Shown here: positions 45,719 through 55,877 of the stretch, piece after piece
How positions within the stretch are numbered: position 1 is the first letter of the stretch
Layout of the letters: every line of letters begins with the position of its first letter
From: a virus
Taxonomy: Duplodnaviria > Caudoviricetes
Reading direction: 5' to 3' (one strand)
IMG/VR virus record: IMGVR_UViG_3300029224_000008
Coordinates: 1-59,830 of that record
DNA: 59,830 nt
Translations under genes and position numbers: made by a program
Notes under the pieces: model-generated
Database searches by the model: none
Told to the model about the DNA's origin: nothing
The model's input: only the letters and a program-made list of their open reading frames with translations

Positions 45719-46765
45719 CTAGCTCGTATACTTGTCAGGGTCAAGACCCGCATCTATGAACGCCTGCCTGTTGAATCGAGCAAGCTGGGCTTGGGTGAAC
45801 GGATCACCCTTGTAATCAATGAACTTGGGAAGCGGGAAGTTCCCTGCTCGGAACAGCTTTCCTTGAACTTTGCCCAACACTTTATCCTGGAAAGCGGGTG
45901 GCTGAGTCCTCATCCAGTCCTGATATCCAATCCGCGTAGGGGCGGGCTGCCCAGGGATGATAGGCTGTCGATGCGAGCGGCAGCCGTGATGCACTGGGGG
46001 CATCGGGCCTTCCCCTTGTCGGTAGATCCCACCGTCCAGTCCTCTGCATATTGCAGTAGTCGCACCGTCCAGCACCGCGACATACAGATCCCTGGCGAAG
46101 TTGGTAGTCATGGCGTCCACAGCCTGCGCCGCGAAATGCGTGTTCGATGTTCGGATCAGTATCCGCAAGAAGTGGCGGGTGCGGTGCGTTTGGCCGTCGC
46201 CACCGTCCATCCTCGCAGTTCCCAGAACCGACTGGAGGATCGTTCGTTTCGATTGATCCTGCACGAGCCCTGTGGTGATTGTGTCGTGAATACGCTGCAC
46301 ATCATCAGCCAGAGTGTCCCGAACCCACTGCCTCAGTGTCCTTCCCTCGAACGGCAGCTTTGACACCATCTCACGAGCCAGCCGTGCTCGACCCGGAGAC
46401 TCAACATGGATTCGCCCAGCGGTGATTGTGTCCAGGGTCAGGCCGAGCCAGGCCCATTGAGCTATCACAGTCTCGCGGGCGTCATCTTCCATCTGCTCAA
46501 GGATAGCCGACATCGCACGGCTTCTTATAGCCTCGATGCGGCGGCGAAGGGCATCGAGCTTCGATCGAACCGCCGTGGAGGTCAGGTCCACTCGTTTGTC
46601 TTGCAACACCGTGAGAAACTGCTCTATAAGAACACGCAATCTGTTCTCAGATGAGTCCAGAATCTCCAGGGCTATCTCAGCCTGGCCCGCAGATACTCTG
46701 AGCAGACCGATTTGGTGGCGCACAAATGCGTCTCTCAGCAGATTGTTCTCATTGGTTTCGGCCAA
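45719..46765 (-). CDS. Head morphogenesis protein (SPP1 gp7 / Mu gpF-like)
   Basis: AVLDGATTAICRGLDG..PPVHHGCRS. Confidence 0.9.
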   Translation of the reverse strand: MAETNENNLLRDAFVRHQIGLLRVSAGQAEIALEILDSSENRLRVLIEQFLTVLQDKRVDLTSTAVRSKLDALRRRIEAIRSRAMSAILEQMEDDARETVIAQWAWLGLTLDTITAGRIHVESPGRARLAREMVSKLPFEGRTLRQWVRDTLADDVQRIHDTITTGLVQDQSKRTILQSVLGTARMDGGDGQTHRTRHFLRILIRTSNTHFAAQAVDAMTTNFARDLYVAVLDGATTAICRGLDGGIYRQGEGPMPPVHHGCRSHRQPIIPGQPAPTRIGYQDWMRTQPPAFQDKVLGKVQGKLFRAGNFPLPKFIDYKGDPFTQAQLARFNRQAFIDAGLDPDKYTS

Positions 46766-46766
46766 C

Positions 46767-47045
46767 TTATGACTCCGTTACACATGAATCAGCCATCATC
46801 TGCTCTACTGTACATATGGACAAGCGGGCCTCGCTGGGGGAATCGAACGATCCAACACTACTCGCTGCGGTCAGACCCCTCTTGTCCTTCAGAATCCACT
46901 TGTACCGAGGATAAGGCATGGAGGTATCTCTCCATATAACAAAAGTACCTTTTCCAGAAGACTTCTTTCTACCCACCTCTGTGCGAGTTAGGAGAAACAT
47001 AGTCAGACACATGATTACCAGCAGCAAGATGTGGTCAAGAGGCAT
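46767..47045 (-). CDS. Membrane-anchored YegP/DUF1508-like protein
   Basis: N-terminal hydrophobic segment; F.IWRD..YKWILKDKRG..A.S..F.S..EAR.SI..V pattern. Confidence 0.55.
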   Translation of the reverse strand: MPLDHILLLVIMCLTMFLLTRTEVGRKKSSGKGTFVIWRDTSMPYPRYKWILKDKRGLTAASSVGSFDSPSEARLSICTVEQMMADSCVTES

Positions 47046-47049
47046 ATAA

Positions 47050-48582
47050 CTACTCCTCAGTTCCTGTGTCGTCCTCTACACCTCTGGGAACGCGCGACCC
47101 ACCAAGGCCCTCGCCAAGACCACCAGATGCCTGTCCCTGAAGTTCGGTGGCCGGTGGTACGCGAGGCACTTCTTTATCCATCGCGGCCTGCTCTTCCTCA
47201 TAGGTCATCTGGGTAAGGCCCTGCTGCATCTGGTATCGATGAATGCTTTCTTCCGACAGCGGCGCACCTAGCTGCTTGGCCTGTGTGAGTTCGAGCAGCG
47301 TACGGCTTGCAGCAGTGGTGTCTGCAAAATCTGTGTTGGCCTCGACAGATATCTCGTCAGGGTTCTCACCCACCCATACGGCGATGGCCTGTAGAATCTC
47401 TCGCAGAGCCTCGGCGCTAGTCATGGCGATGGTGCGAAGAGTAGCAGTCTTCGCACTGACGCGGATACGAAGGGCCTCGCCTGATTGATAAGATGTTCCC
47501 GCCGAGTCGAACAGCCGTGATGTAAGTTCGCCCGCAGCGGCCTTGTCTTCCGAGATGGTCTTGCTCTGGGCATCCAACCCAGAAGAACTGACGCCAACAA
47601 ACTTAGCGTCACCATCTCGTGGAATATCTACGCGGGCACCTGCTCCTAAACGAGTCTCAGGCTTGGTTGGATCAATCTCGGCCCCAATCACCACGAAAGT
47701 GTCTTGTCCCTGATTGTGCAACGCTTGCCGGAGATCAGCTTCGCCGCGATAGATAGCCAAGCATAGATTCGACAACCCGTACAGAGGTGCATCGTCCGGC
47801 GCTGCGTTCATATCCTTTGTGTTTACAAACACAAAAGGAATCCGGTCCAAAGTGATTCCCGCGATCGAGGGGGTCTTCCATTGGTCAATGCTTAGATTAG
47901 CACTGGTGGATTCCACGCTGATGGTGCGATAGCCGCCACCGCTCGTATCCACTGATTGGTCAAAGCTGCCTAATGTTGCGGCAGTTTTAGCTGTCGCAAG
48001 GATTCGCCATTTGTCTTGAGTGGTCCACTCAAATCCGCCTGTTCGTTTATCATCTGATTCGTCAATAACTACGAACTCAAGAGATTGCTTCCCTTGAGAT
48101 AGGGGTCCATCGTCCCAGTTAATGATTCGAGGCGCTTGGTACAGCACAACATAAGGCAGGGCTAGTGGACCTTCTCCATCAGGAACTTCGGCCAATATTC
48201 CAGCACGACCATGCTTCAGTTGGTATTCATTAAGCCTACGCAATACCATCTGTGCAGACTCCCCACTGCTTCCCAGCTTCTTGAGCAGAGGCTCCATCTT
48301 CTTAGGCACCTTGATAATGGCTTCCTCTTGGTGCATGATACCAACCATTGCCTCGATACCCTGCTTTACATAGTCAGGAAACACGGCACGCAAGAGGTAG
48401 TCACTGAACGCATCCGCGCCCTTCTCTCCCGCGCCGAGGCCGTCAATTCGCTGACCCGAAGTAGGGGGCAGATATGTCTGCCCCTTACACTTGATGGCGG
48501 GCTCACCCTCATAGCAGTCGGTCATCTGTTGCCACTGGCCAACCCTGGCGAGGTATGCTGGATGTTTGCTGTCTACGCCCAT
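47050..48582 (-). CDS. Portal protein (DUF4055-like)
   Basis: HPAY..W..M.D..EG, YLLRAVF, IINW, IPFVFVN, SGEALRIR. Confidence 0.9.
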   Translation of the reverse strand: MGVDSKHPAYLARVGQWQQMTDCYEGEPAIKCKGQTYLPPTSGQRIDGLGAGEKGADAFSDYLLRAVFPDYVKQGIEAMVGIMHQEEAIIKVPKKMEPLLKKLGSSGESAQMVLRRLNEYQLKHGRAGILAEVPDGEGPLALPYVVLYQAPRIINWDDGPLSQGKQSLEFVVIDESDDKRTGGFEWTTQDKWRILATAKTAATLGSFDQSVDTSGGGYRTISVESTSANLSIDQWKTPSIAGITLDRIPFVFVNTKDMNAAPDDAPLYGLSNLCLAIYRGEADLRQALHNQGQDTFVVIGAEIDPTKPETRLGAGARVDIPRDGDAKFVGVSSSGLDAQSKTISEDKAAAGELTSRLFDSAGTSYQSGEALRIRVSAKTATLRTIAMTSAEALREILQAIAVWVGENPDEISVEANTDFADTTAASRTLLELTQAKQLGAPLSEESIHRYQMQQGLTQMTYEEEQAAMDKEVPRVPPATELQGQASGGLGEGLGGSRVPRGVEDDTGTEE

Positions 48583-48591
48583 GTGTGTCTC

Positions 48592-50160
48592 CTACGCAAT
48601 ACCTGATGTCGTGCCGCCCCGGATGGTGCGATCTTCGGCCAAACATCTGTACCGAGTCTCGTCGGCGATGTGATCTTCAGCATCTGTATCCACATCGTCC
48701 AAATCCTTTGTATCTCGCGGCAATGTGGGTACCGTCCGCAAGAAGTGTACGCAATCTGAGGTGACGAACAAGCCCGGCTCTTCTCTGGGGTGTCCTAGCT
48801 CGGCAGGCTTGGTCGATTTCATGCGTATACGCATGACTTCCCAGCCTTGTTTCCGACTACCGCTTCGCTTATTTGAGGGGTTAAAGTACACACCAGGGTA
48901 CTGCTTTCCATCAATTCTTACAACACGCTCCATCTGCCGAGCAATGGAGTCCCCGGAACTGTCGTCGAAAATAGCAGCGTCGGCGATGCCTCGGCGCACT
49001 CTGCCGTGGATGCCCCACTCGATCTCTCGCTGGATGATCCCAGTGGCGATATCCTTGGCCAACATCTTGCTGCCCTTGTTGGGCGTCTTGCCGTCCCAGC
49101 CATACCATTCCTTGACTCGAAACAGGTCGCCGCGCACAGTGGGCATTCGGATATTGCCGGGCAGAATGAGATCGGTGCCATCACTCTGTGCCCACCAACC
49201 AACACTGAATGGTCGGCTCGATCCCCAGTCATATGATCGGTCGATTCTCCAAGACAGGGGAACCTGAAAGGGAGGTAGCACCAAATGATCCTTGACCTGG
49301 AACCAAATATCATCGAACATGCCACCAGAAGTGATATCCCATGAACCATGCAGCCAGGCTGCAAGCTCTGCCGCGTTACGCGCTGAAGCCTTAATTCGTT
49401 TAATGTAGTCAGGGTCTGCATTCAGTAGTACCAAGTTCTCACGCAGATCGGAGTTAATATATCGACGGTTACCTGTCTCCTCATCCTCGATCAATGGGCC
49501 ATACATGGAGCCAGGCGCGAGAGGTAGCTGGAATCGTGCCTTGACCCAGTTGAAGCCAGGGCCGTATGGGTTCGTCGTGCTTCGTACCTTGCGAGGAACT
49601 AAAGGGTTCGTAGATCGGCAACATGACATCATACGAGTGTAGCAGCCAGAGTCTGCCCAGGTGGTGAGTTCTTCCCAGCCAATCCAGGGGTAGGCATGAC
49701 CATGATAGCTCATGTAATCGCTCTCGCGCTCCATGTGCCGCAGCAGTAGCTGCTCACCTGTCGGCCAGGTCCATGTCATCTTAGTTTCATTGAACTTGAT
49801 GCCTGGGAACAGTATAGGGAACAAAGCCTTGGACTTGTCCACGATGTCTTTAAGCTCGGGATATGAATGACGGAAAAGGATGCCCTTCCAGTCCATGCCG
49901 AAACCACGACCACAGTCCTGGGCGAAGTCCATGAGGAGACAGGCAGTCTTGCCGCCCCCTCGGTTACCTCCATACAACACCTCGAAGTCAGTGTTATTTA
50001 GGAATAATTCCTGTGAACCCCGTTGAACGGCCCAATCTGCCTCCTCACCTGTCAGGCAATGGAAAGGCTTCAGGTCATTACCAATCACTCGCCCAGTAGG
50101 GGAAAGGATGGGCACCTCGCGCCATTCAGCTACGCCGCTTTGTACAATGACCAGCGACAT
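48592..50160 (-). CDS. terL: Terminase large subunit
   Basis: YGGNRGGGKT, WEEL, TTNPYGPG, DWGSSRPF, EDHIADETRY. Confidence 0.95.
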   Translation of the reverse strand: MSLVIVQSGVAEWREVPILSPTGRVIGNDLKPFHCLTGEEADWAVQRGSQELFLNNTDFEVLYGGNRGGGKTACLLMDFAQDCGRGFGMDWKGILFRHSYPELKDIVDKSKALFPILFPGIKFNETKMTWTWPTGEQLLLRHMERESDYMSYHGHAYPWIGWEELTTWADSGCYTRMMSCCRSTNPLVPRKVRSTTNPYGPGFNWVKARFQLPLAPGSMYGPLIEDEETGNRRYINSDLRENLVLLNADPDYIKRIKASARNAAELAAWLHGSWDITSGGMFDDIWFQVKDHLVLPPFQVPLSWRIDRSYDWGSSRPFSVGWWAQSDGTDLILPGNIRMPTVRGDLFRVKEWYGWDGKTPNKGSKMLAKDIATGIIQREIEWGIHGRVRRGIADAAIFDDSSGDSIARQMERVVRIDGKQYPGVYFNPSNKRSGSRKQGWEVMRIRMKSTKPAELGHPREEPGLFVTSDCVHFLRTVPTLPRDTKDLDDVDTDAEDHIADETRYRCLAEDRTIRGGTTSGIA

Positions 50161-50394
50161 TTATCGGAACAGATCCTTCCACCATGCGCGAATCCTGCGG
50201 TGCCGCCAACCATTAATGCGATCTCGATTGTCCCACATCCAACAGCGTAATGCTTTCTGCTGTCCAAATAATATCAACGCCTTGTCTGTTGACCACATTA
50301 CCATATGACAGGCGCAACCAAACGCAAGCACAGAGATACCAAATCGCATAACAATCAGCATTGCGCTGTCGAAAGCAGATACCTCAACAATCAT
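50161..50394 (-). CDS. Small membrane protein
   Basis: Hydrophobic N-half; abuts the terL start. Confidence 0.5.
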   Translation of the reverse strand: MIVEVSAFDSAMLIVMRFGISVLAFGCACHMVMWSTDKALILFGQQKALRCWMWDNRDRINGWRHRRIRAWWKDLFR

Positions 50395-50521
50395 AATCCT
50401 GCATTCCTTTCTGAATAGATTTGGACAGGTAGTAACAAGAGCATCCCAGAGCGAAGCGTAGACCTAAGAACACCAGCCAACCAGCAACAGGTGTCAGCAG
50501 TCCTAACACGAAATTGGTCAT
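50384..50521 (-). CDS. Small membrane protein (45 aa, not in the ORF track)
   Basis: MTNFVLGLLTPVAGWLVFLGLRFALG..; ATGA overlap fills the gap between neighbours. Confidence 0.45.
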   Translation of the reverse strand: MTNFVLGLLTPVAGWLVFLGLRFALGCSCYYLSKSIQKGMQDYDC

Positions 50522-50757
50522 CGTTGCCTATATGCGTTTTTCACACAGACTACCATGAGGTGGTCGAACTCCAGCCTACTACTACCAATCCGGTCCATGA
50601 ACTCGCAAGCCGCATCAATAGCGATACCTTGCGGCATATCTGCGGGACCAATCATGTAATGGTCAGTATGAAGGGGTGTGGACAGATACCACATATCTTG
50701 TCGCTGGAACACATCCCATGATGATTTCTTCTCGAACGAAGCTTGTCTCATTTGCAT
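50518..50757 (-). CDS. Hypothetical protein
   Basis: Operon packing. Confidence 0.5.
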   Translation of the reverse strand: MQMRQASFEKKSSWDVFQRQDMWYLSTPLHTDHYMIGPADMPQGIAIDAACEFMDRIGSSRLEFDHLMVVCVKNAYRQR

Positions 50758-51086
50758 CCTTTCGTGAGCCATGCAATCAATTCAGGATTGCGAGTAATTA
50801 GCTCAAGCAAATCGCCGCCGAGAACAGTGGCAACCCGTTCTTCTTGGCGAGTGGGTAAATCAACACCCCGTTGATGCAGGGATGCGTGAACGAACTCATG
50901 GAGTATGCTGTCGGCCAGGTCCTCGCCAGTAGTGGTAGGGTGGACAACGATCTCATTCTTGGTGGGGCTGTAGTGCGCATATCGATCATCAGGAAAGTCA
51001 TCGCTACCTGTGCGCAACTTGATACGCTTGGCACCGAGGATGATGTGCGTGGGCATCTTCAGAGGTACTGCGGGCTTACGCGCCAA
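50748..51086 (-). CDS. Minimal zincin metallopeptidase-like protein
   Basis: ILHEFVHA (HExxH) with downstream EERVA. Confidence 0.75.
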   Translation of the reverse strand: MARKPAVPLKMPTHIILGAKRIKLRTGSDDFPDDRYAHYSPTKNEIVVHPTTTGEDLADSILHEFVHASLHQRGVDLPTRQEERVATVLGGDLLELITRNPELIAWLTKGCK

Positions 51087-51567
51087 TATTGTGTCCTCCT
51101 GTCAGTTTACGAGCCACCTCTTCAACTTTATCCAGCGCATAGTGCGCGTGAATATTACCGATGGCCTCGCCGACAACGCGGACATGACCTTCCTGCTTAG
51201 CCAACCATTCCTGTGTGGGATCAGGTATCACAGGGAAGATACTACGGACCAACTGAATGGCTTCGTATAGTGTATCTACGGACACCTCACCTGGCTGGGA
51301 AATACGAGGCACCACGCTTGCCATTCGCTTCTTACATTTGACGCAGGGTACAGATTCGGCGAACTGGTGAGTTGTGACCTGATCGAAGGTGCAGTGCGGG
51401 CACTTGAAATACTCAAACACTACGGCCCCGTTCTTCTGAGCAGTCAGTCGGGACTGCGTGATAAACCGCGCGGCACCTTCTTCGGGGTTCTCTTCATTCA
51501 TGCTCATATCAGTATGCACGGCGCGGTATCCTCTCATCGCTTTCTCGAAGCGATTCTCGCTCGACAA
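51076..51567 (-). CDS. Hypothetical Zn-ribbon protein
   Basis: CPHC..CVKC. Confidence 0.65.
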   Translation of the reverse strand: MSSENRFEKAMRGYRAVHTDMSMNEENPEEGAARFITQSRLTAQKNGAVVFEYFKCPHCTFDQVTTHQFAESVPCVKCKKRMASVVPRISQPGEVSVDTLYEAIQLVRSIFPVIPDPTQEWLAKQEGHVRVVGEAIGNIHAHYALDKVEEVARKLTGGHNIGA

Positions 51568-51757
51568 TCTCCTCTGTCACAATACGCAAAGGTCGGTCCT
51601 CGCGGTAAGGTCTGCGAAGAACTAAATTGCCGATCAATCCGGGCCGTCGCCCAGGGTGGGCGGCGATCAGAAGCCACTCGTCCTGGCCGAGTTCATTGAG
51701 GAAGTCCTCAACGCTGCCACTATTGGGTGCTGGTTCAATCCGGTATTGCCATTTCAT
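51509..51757 (-). CDS. DUF4177-like small protein
   Basis: MKWQYR..EDFLNELGQDEWLLI..LRRP. Confidence 0.65.
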   Translation of the reverse strand: MKWQYRIEPAPNSGSVEDFLNELGQDEWLLIAAHPGRRPGLIGNLVLRRPYREDRPLRIVTEEIVERESLRESDERIPRRAY

Positions 51758-51957
51758 TCCTGAAACTCCTTCTGGGTTCGTCTCTTACTGGCGGTCCTGT
51801 TGTATGGCATCGGATTATCCCATCCCGGACCCTTACCTGAACCGTCTCTCTTTGCATACTTGTTCGACCTCATACACAGATCATACTCTTCCGGGAACCA
51901 CTGCCTCAACACCAGGTACCAGTTCTTGCGCCAGGATTTACGGCGCGTTCTGCTCAA
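51754..51957 (-). CDS. Small basic hypothetical protein
   Basis: MSRTRRK start; overlaps with both neighbours. Confidence 0.55.
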   Translation of the reverse strand: MSRTRRKSWRKNWYLVLRQWFPEEYDLCMRSNKYAKRDGSGKGPGWDNPMPYNRTASKRRTQKEFQE

Positions 51958-52412
51958 CCAAAGCCCACAAGAAGGAGGGTGGTGATCTGTGCGCCCAGAA
52001 GGGAGCCGAGAAAGAATGGCCAGGCGCGCACCAATTCTCTGATTATCTGTCGATTATCCTGCGTCAGCTTGGCATGGGCTTCTCCGTTGTCGGGGAAGTA
52101 TTGCGTGATAGTTCCCTCGACAGCCATGGGCTTGCCCGCAGCATCAGGGATGCAGGCGAAGGGGCCACGCTCCCCAACCAGGCTTTGACTGATCTTGTCC
52201 CCCCTCGCCTTCCACTCCTCGGGGGTCATTGATACGAAATCGGTATTCACATGAATTGTGATATTATGTTGTTTGCTCTGCGGACCTCGGCGACGCTGCT
52301 TAGCATTGGAGACAGGTCCGAGATAGGGTAAAATATATTCAGTCAGTTCGCTGCGAGGCTCGCTGTATATCTTGTCGATGGGACCACCGCAGCCGATGAC
52401 CGGGTGTGTCAT
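51954..52412 (-). CDS. Hypothetical protein with C-terminal membrane anchor
   Basis: Hydrophobic C-terminus; ATGA overlap. Confidence 0.6.
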   Translation of the reverse strand: MTHPVIGCGGPIDKIYSEPRSELTEYILPYLGPVSNAKQRRRGPQSKQHNITIHVNTDFVSMTPEEWKARGDKISQSLVGERGPFACIPDAAGKPMAVEGTITQYFPDNGEAHAKLTQDNRQIIRELVRAWPFFLGSLLGAQITTLLLVGFG

Positions 52413-52735
52413 AGGATTACCTTTCCAATATAGAAACTGATACCGAAAAGAACGGTAAGATGAATCATGTACTCCGTTCGGGAGATACGAGCGAGACGAC
52501 TATCAAGCATGTCTAGGATGTCACGAAACTGAGACTGGATGCTGTCGCGGTACAGCCTATCCTCTTCCACAAGCAACTCATCCTCAAACAACTCGTGTTC
52601 CAGGGCTTTAGTCTCCAGCTTCCTGGTTGCGTCCCACCGTTCCAGCATAGTCGTCGCTATTTCAGCGGGTACATGTTCCTCAATGTCGGCCAGCAGTTGG
52701 GTGATCGCGGATTGCGGGTGGTAGGGTCGGCTCAT
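52409..52735 (-). CDS. Hypothetical protein with C-terminal membrane anchor
   Basis: ATGA overlap at 52735; helical body and hydrophobic tail. Confidence 0.6.
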   Translation of the reverse strand: MSRPYHPQSAITQLLADIEEHVPAEIATTMLERWDATRKLETKALEHELFEDELLVEEDRLYRDSIQSQFRDILDMLDSRLARISRTEYMIHLTVLFGISFYIGKVIL

Positions 52736-53283
52736 ACCATATACTCCGAAAGCAGTCGTTCGGCAAGGCCGTCGATGCTCATCATGCAAGAGGTGTCGAT
52801 CACTCGAAGAACCTGGTCGGCCTTCAGCAGTTCTGTCATCGCAACATAGCAGTTGCGGTAGTCGTTGGTGAGCCGGGCCAGTCGATCCTCAAGCCTACGC
52901 TCTGGGTTCTTATCTGCACGGCATCGAGCCTCGCGGACCTTGTGATCGGCGGTGAGGATGATGTAGAATGTGCGATGCGGGAACTTCCATAGCCCTGGGA
53001 TCTCGCAGGCTTGCTTAACATCGCGCGGCTGGCCATCAACAATGATGAGCTTCTTCTTAGCCCTGAGATGTACACCAACAGTCTCAGTATACATGTGCCA
53101 GGCTTCATCCTGGGTGTCGAGCGGCGCGGCCTGGCCCTTGAACCTAGCCTCACCGTACCGCTTGCGGAAATATTCGCCAACCTTGACGCCGCCTACATTG
53201 ATAGGATCGATTTCGATCAGTCGTTTCAGAAGTGTAGACTTTCCCGAACAAGAGGGACCGATCAGATGGATGATTGCACTCAC
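52732..53283 (-). CDS. P-loop nucleoside monophosphate kinase (adenylate kinase-like)
   Basis: GPSCSGKST, VGEYFR, IVDGQPR. Confidence 0.82.
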   Translation of the reverse strand: MSAIIHLIGPSCSGKSTLLKRLIEIDPINVGGVKVGEYFRKRYGEARFKGQAAPLDTQDEAWHMYTETVGVHLRAKKKLIIVDGQPRDVKQACEIPGLWKFPHRTFYIILTADHKVREARCRADKNPERRLEDRLARLTNDYRNCYVAMTELLKADQVLRVIDTSCMMSIDGLAERLLSEYMV

Positions 53284-53304
53284 AATGAAACTCCAGGCTA
53301 GGGG

Positions 53305-53937
53305 TTATGTCTTTGACACTGTACCCTGGTTGGATTTGTCTGGCAAGGGCGTTGCAGTAGTATCTATCATCTCGGCACGCTTATCGGCCTCCATCTTGCG
53401 GGCATACGCCTCAAGATCCAGCGCAGGCACCTCAGCCTTGACTATTACCACACCACCTGAGTGATTTACATCGATCTCTTGCTTGTCGCGGTATGCTTTG
53501 TCAAACTTTCGAGCATAGGCCAATGCTAATTGTGGCTGAATCTGAAGTTCAAGTTCATGCACCTCGCCGTTCTTGTCCACAGCCATTCTATGCACGCCCT
53601 CTAGGCCGAAACGCCGAATGGGCTCATCAATCACATCTGCAATGTACATCTGCAATGCCCGCTCTTCTTCCTCAACGAACTCGGGGTCCATCTTGCGCAA
53701 CGACTGGATCGAGGACATCGACAGATTCGCGGTGTATGCAGACTTCACCTTCACCCCAATCAAGGCGAGCGATTCGAGGTACTTGGTGATCGATTTCACA
53801 TCGACCCGACCATAGGCCGCACGAACCTGGATGGCCTTGCCAATCTCAGTCGGCGCAGCGATGTCGTGGTTCCCGGTGGGGTCGGGAAGCCCCAGATTTT
53901 TCGCAGTGTCTGACTTATTGGATACAGGCACAACCAA
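53305..53937 (-). CDS. terS: Terminase small subunit (putative)
   Basis: HTH-like N-half, DPEF..E..A, YRDKQEIDVNHSGGV; first gene of the late operon. Confidence 0.7.
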   Translation of the reverse strand: MVVPVSNKSDTAKNLGLPDPTGNHDIAAPTEIGKAIQVRAAYGRVDVKSITKYLESLALIGVKVKSAYTANLSMSSIQSLRKMDPEFVEEEERALQMYIADVIDEPIRRFGLEGVHRMAVDKNGEVHELELQIQPQLALAYARKFDKAYRDKQEIDVNHSGGVVIVKAEVPALDLEAYARKMEADKRAEMIDTTATPLPDKSNQGTVSKT

Positions 53938-54103
53938 GAGTAGGGATACGGTCGGTGATCTGTCAAGAGCGGACGGGGGTTGTTAGGTCGATTAGATTCC
54001 GCAGCCTGAGTCTGTCTAGATGCGACATTTACGCCCAAGGTGGCGCGAGCCGGGGACTAGGTACCCCGAACCGATTTCTATAATCCGGGGTTCTTAGACC
54101 AGA

Positions 54104-54258
54104 ATACATGTACATTTTGTTAGGATTTTGTTAGACATGTATGCGAGGCGTCAGATGCGGGTGGAGGGGTCTGTCTCTTATCGGACGCTCGTTTTATCGG
54201 ACACCCCCTCCCTGTTAGGTCACTGTTAGTGTTATATTAGGTCACTGTTTGGGTTATA
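54104..54258. repeat. Three successive pairs of short direct repeats in the divergent non-coding region
   Basis: ATTTTGTTAG x2 (54114, 54125); TTATCGGAC x2 (54178, 54194); 22-bp TTAGGTCACTGTTnGnGTTATA x2 (54215, 54237). Confidence 0.8.
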
Positions 54259-54896
54259 TGCTGTATGTGTTCGGTTGTGCGTCCTTGGATAGCAATAACC
54301 ATGCCACGATGGGACAGGGTTGAACATAACTACCATTCTCGGACCTTGCAGGGCCGCACACGCGCGAAGAGCGGATAAGGGGATACATGCCGCTTATGGT
54401 CCTCATCACTTCTGCTTATGCCTTCAGCTTGTTAGGTATATAACTGGCCCCTGATAGGCATACTCAGAATCTTTACCTTGTGCGCTCTGGTCAGCAGGTC
54501 GGCCAATATAGTGCCCATGTTCGCCCAATGGTAGGGTATGTGCGGTAAGCTGGGCGCTTTGCGTTTCTTTATCTATTATCTCTATTTATAGTAAAGTAAA
54601 GTAAAGATTGAAGTAAACCGGCTATAGGGGCCTACTACCGGCCTTCTTTAGCCCTTTGATAGGGTACTCCGTTTTTATGCTTCTTACACAGGTAGAGTCT
54701 ATAACAGATACCGTACCTGCTTTACCTACTCTACCTCTACTTCGTTTGCTCCGTTCGGGTGGAGTACCTATCATAGACCTACCACCTCGGTACACTGTCA
54801 GACCACCCCAAATAGCCGCCCTAAGTAGGTGGTCAGAGCACACACCATATACCATACTGACCCTACCGCCCCTGCTGGGCGACTGGAGCACATGCT

Positions 54897-55187
54897 ATGG
54901 GTAAGCCCACCTTTATCAGTATCGACCACTGGCACCACCCCAATGGGCGAATCATCGAAACCAAACCCGCCAAGCCTGAGCCGCCCACCGAGCCCATTCA
55001 TTTCGATACGGCGAACGCCGCCATTGATCTATGGGACAGCTTCCTACGGGGGTGGTCGATCTGCCCCAATCTAAGGGGCGTGCTGGGCCCAATCGACCCG
55101 CATCGCGGCACGGTAGCCGTCCAGCCTCGCCTTGGTACAATGTACGAAACCTACAGATATGGCCCCGGTGGCCTATTGCTCCGATAA
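54897..55187 (+). CDS. Hypothetical protein
   Basis: GGAG upstream; 96-aa ORF. Confidence 0.4.
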   Translation: MGKPTFISIDHWHHPNGRIIETKPAKPEPPTEPIHFDTANAAIDLWDSFLRGWSICPNLRGVLGPIDPHRGTVAVQPRLGTMYETYRYGPGGLLLR

Positions 55188-55277
55188 CCCGATTTGCATT
55201 TATTCTCTACGAAACCCTTGCACCTTGCCAGATTGAATTGCATACTAAGGGTGTAAGCCAAACGAAAGGGCACAATA

Positions 55278-55424
55278 ATGAAACGCACCACAACAATAGC
55301 AATCATCATCGCAATCGCTGGTATCTGTTGGATCGGGGCCGCAATCATCGGCTCGGCTTTCGAGTTCGCAAACGCTCAAGCCGTAGCCTCCGATCAGCGT
55401 ACAAACATTCACGCCCAGCGGTGA
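55278..55424 (+). CDS. Small membrane or secreted peptide (48 aa)
   Basis: MKRTTTIAIIIAIAGICWIGAAIIGSAF; upstream TTGCAC-N17-CATACT. Confidence 0.55.
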   Translation: MKRTTTIAIIIAIAGICWIGAAIIGSAFEFANAQAVASDQRTNIHAQR

Positions 55425-55456
55425 ATCCAACCAATGAACTGAAGGAATAAGAACCC

Positions 55457-55792
55457 ATGCCAGAACCACAAACCATTATGGAAACCGCCGTAGCCCTTGG
55501 CGTATCGGTCGGGGCCAAATTGCAAGCCTGGAACCATGCTTACTCGCCCGATTGGCAGGATTCACAAGACAGGCTAGCTATGATCCCTAGAGTAGCCGCC
55601 CAGATTGAAGCTATTGCCGGTGATTCAGGTGGATGGGCTGGTAGCCTAGAGGGGTGTTGGATAGACACTGAGGAGCATGCCGCCAATATGCTTTGTGAAT
55701 TGTTCTGGAACGACTGGCCCAATGCAGAATCAGATCCATACATTATTGCCAAACAGTCTATCAACTACGCCCGCGACCTGCACGACCGCTAG
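55457..55792 (+). CDS. Hypothetical early protein
   Basis: AAGGA RBS; 111 aa. Confidence 0.7.
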   Translation: MPEPQTIMETAVALGVSVGAKLQAWNHAYSPDWQDSQDRLAMIPRVAAQIEAIAGDSGGWAGSLEGCWIDTEEHAANMLCELFWNDWPNAESDPYIIAKQSINYARDLHDR

Positions 55793-55877
55793 GCCGATCA
55801 GCGATCCCCCACCACCTTGGCAATCGCGATGTTATTCTGATTCGTAAGTAAACCACAACAGAGGTATATATATATAT

